Origin: Candidatus Wildermuthbacteria bacterium GWA2_46_15
Lineage (GTDB): Bacteria; Patescibacteriota; Minisyncoccia; Minisyncoccales; GWA2-46-15
Direction: 5' to 3'
Assembly: GCA_001823105.1 (NCBI GenBank)
Contig: MHTO01000004.1
Location: 1-36,508 of the forward strand
Length of the DNA stretch: 36,508 bases
Shown in pieces: positions 35,256 to 36,508 of this stretch; positions within the stretch are counted from its first letter, which is position 1, and the number at the start of each line of letters is the position of its first letter. Under the pieces are notes generated by a model. It did not search any database and was not told the origin of the DNA. It saw nothing but the letters and a program-made list of their open reading frames with translations. A program made the translations under genes and the position numbers.

Positions 35256-36508
35256 TTATTGATATAAGTATTTTTGGAAATCAATAAATGTTCTACGGAT
35301 ATCCTGAACATCTCCTAACAATACAGTCGCATCATCAATTTCGTGATATTTCAATTTAAGGAGTGCAGGGATTTTTTCTTGATCCAGCTCCTCAACACCG
35401 GTTTCGATATATTTAGTCAGCACAAAATCAAGAAACTCATGCTGCCGTGAGGTTAAGCCGATAAACATCTTTGCTTTTGCCTGCTCTGCACGTTCTGCAC
35501 GTGTTATGGGCTTAATAGCGAAAGAAACATATTCCAGCACATCAAAGAGATCGCTTTTTTCTGCTGCTATTAATTTCTGCAGCATGGACAGATCATCGTG
35601 GTTATAGCCGGCCGCTGCTAACTTTTCAAGGAAGGCATGACGTGTTATTGGGTTGGCCCATATATTTCTAAGTTCCGCTTCATCTTTAAAGAATTTCGGC
35701 AATTCCCCATATAACCCGGCTACGAATTCTTCGACAGACATTGGTTTCCCATCTGCCCCATAGAACGATGTGGTAATCATATGCTGAATCACTAGCTCTT
35801 TCCCCGGCGCAAGCTTGATTTTTATTTTCTTAAGGCATACACATGGGCTTTGCCCGCACTTCGGGCAAACTGGCTTCGGGCAAATGCAAGGTCTTTGGCC
35901 GCATACCGGGCAGGGGTTCGGCGGTTCTTTTACGCAAACACATGGTTTCTGCCCACAGGTTTCGCAGGTCTCAGGTTCTGGCTCACCGTCCCAATCTTTA
36001 TCGGAAAAGTGATGGCAGGCTCCTACAAAGTCGTAGATCGTGAAGTAATACTTGCCCTCAAACAAGCGCGTGCCGCGGCCGATAATCTGTTTAAACTCAA
36101 CCATGGACTTAATAGACCGCATCAGGACAATATTGCGTATATTGCGGGCATCAATTCCTGTGGATAACTTCTGAGAGGTTGTAAGTATGGTCGGGATAGT
36201 CTTGTCATTATCCTGGAAGTCTCTTAAATGTTGTTCCCCCAGTTCGCCGTCATTAGCCGTGACACGCTGGCAATAGTTCGGATCCGGGTTCTTCTTGTAC
36301 TGATTTATTAAATCACGTACTAGTGCTGCATGACCTTGGTTGGCGCAGAAGATCAGAGTCTTCTCGTTTTGGTTTATTTCAGAAAGAAGTATTTTTACCC
36401 GTTCGGCTTCTCGTTCTTTTATCTCAATAGTCCAGTTGAAATCAGGCTCGGCATAAACCCTGCCTGCCTCGACATCCCCTTCTATCACTTTGTCGTCTGG
36501 GACATAAA
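35256..36508 (-). CDS. hsdR: Type I restriction enzyme R subunit (EcoAI/EcoEI-like), 5' part outside the window
   Basis: KTLIFCANQGHA, TTSQKLSTGIDA, FKQIIGRGTRL, TIYDF, and EcoEI-R-type C-terminus SDLFDVLEYVSF...EFLDFVL..Y. Frame is open to the window edge. Confidence 0.93.
   Translation of the reverse strand, partial: YVPDDKVIEGDVEAGRVYAEPDFNWTIEIKEREAERVKILLSEINQNEKTLIFCANQGHAALVRDLINQYKKNPDPNYCQRVTANDGELGEQHLRDFQDNDKTIPTILTTSQKLSTGIDARNIRNIVLMRSIKSMVEFKQIIGRGTRLFEGKYYFTIYDFVGACHHFSDKDWDGEPEPETCETCGQKPCVCVKEPPNPCPVCGQRPCICPKPVCPKCGQSPCVCLKKIKIKLAPGKELVIQHMITTSFYGADGKPMSVEEFVAGLYGELPKFFKDEAELRNIWANPITRHAFLEKLAAAGYNHDDLSMLQKLIAAEKSDLFDVLEYVSFAIKPITRAERAEQAKAKMFIGLTSRQHEFLDFVLTKYIETGVEELDQEKIPALLKLKYHEIDDATVLLGDVQDIRRTFIDFQKYLYQ
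35835..35966 (-). repeat. Three CxxCGQxPCxC repeats within HsdR
   Basis: CETCGQKPCVC, CPVCGQRPCIC, CPKCGQSPCVC. Confidence 0.9.

Noticed and set aside
1..36508. CRISPR array, tRNA, rRNA, integron attC array
   Set aside because: No regularly spaced direct repeats, cloverleaf or rRNA-like sequence, or convincing RYYYAAC...GTTRRRY hairpins were seen in the few intergenic gaps.

Overview
Bacterial accessory (defence-island-like) region in three blocks. (1) About 11.4-36.5 kb is a roughly 25 kb co-directional minus-strand cluster of nucleases and motors. In transcription order: 3' part of a type I restriction subunit (hsdR), an HNH-like nuclease, two PD-(D/E)xK nucleases, an Azaca-like trio (DUF6361-like protein, PLD nuclease, SNF2 helicase), McrB/McrC, a 1737-aa exonuclease-RecQ-UvrD fusion, a SNF2 helicase with a 15-residue repeat tail, a divergent HelD-like ATPase, and a Sel1 protein with a Trp-rich repeat tail. 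(2) A GC-richer module at about 1.1-3.2 kb and 8.1-11.3 kb encodes a WYL regulator, two tandem truncated DnaB-like proteins plus an unknown protein, an atypical ClpX with a replaced N-terminal domain, and an ORF6N pseudogene. Its three putative target promoters share GACAC-N4-TTG(T/A)C followed by exactly 12 nt and a TANNNT box, the geometry of PafBC-type WYL-activated promoters. This putative WYL regulon is the strongest candidate for an undescribed system. (3) AT-richer cargo splits that module at 3.36-7.86 kb (frameshifted transglutaminase-like gene, GmrSD-type nuclease, unknown coiled-coil/membrane gene pair). An IS256/Mutator-like transposase sits at the left edge. No rRNA, tRNA or CRISPR array was seen. 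All calls come from motif reading by eye; no database searches were run.
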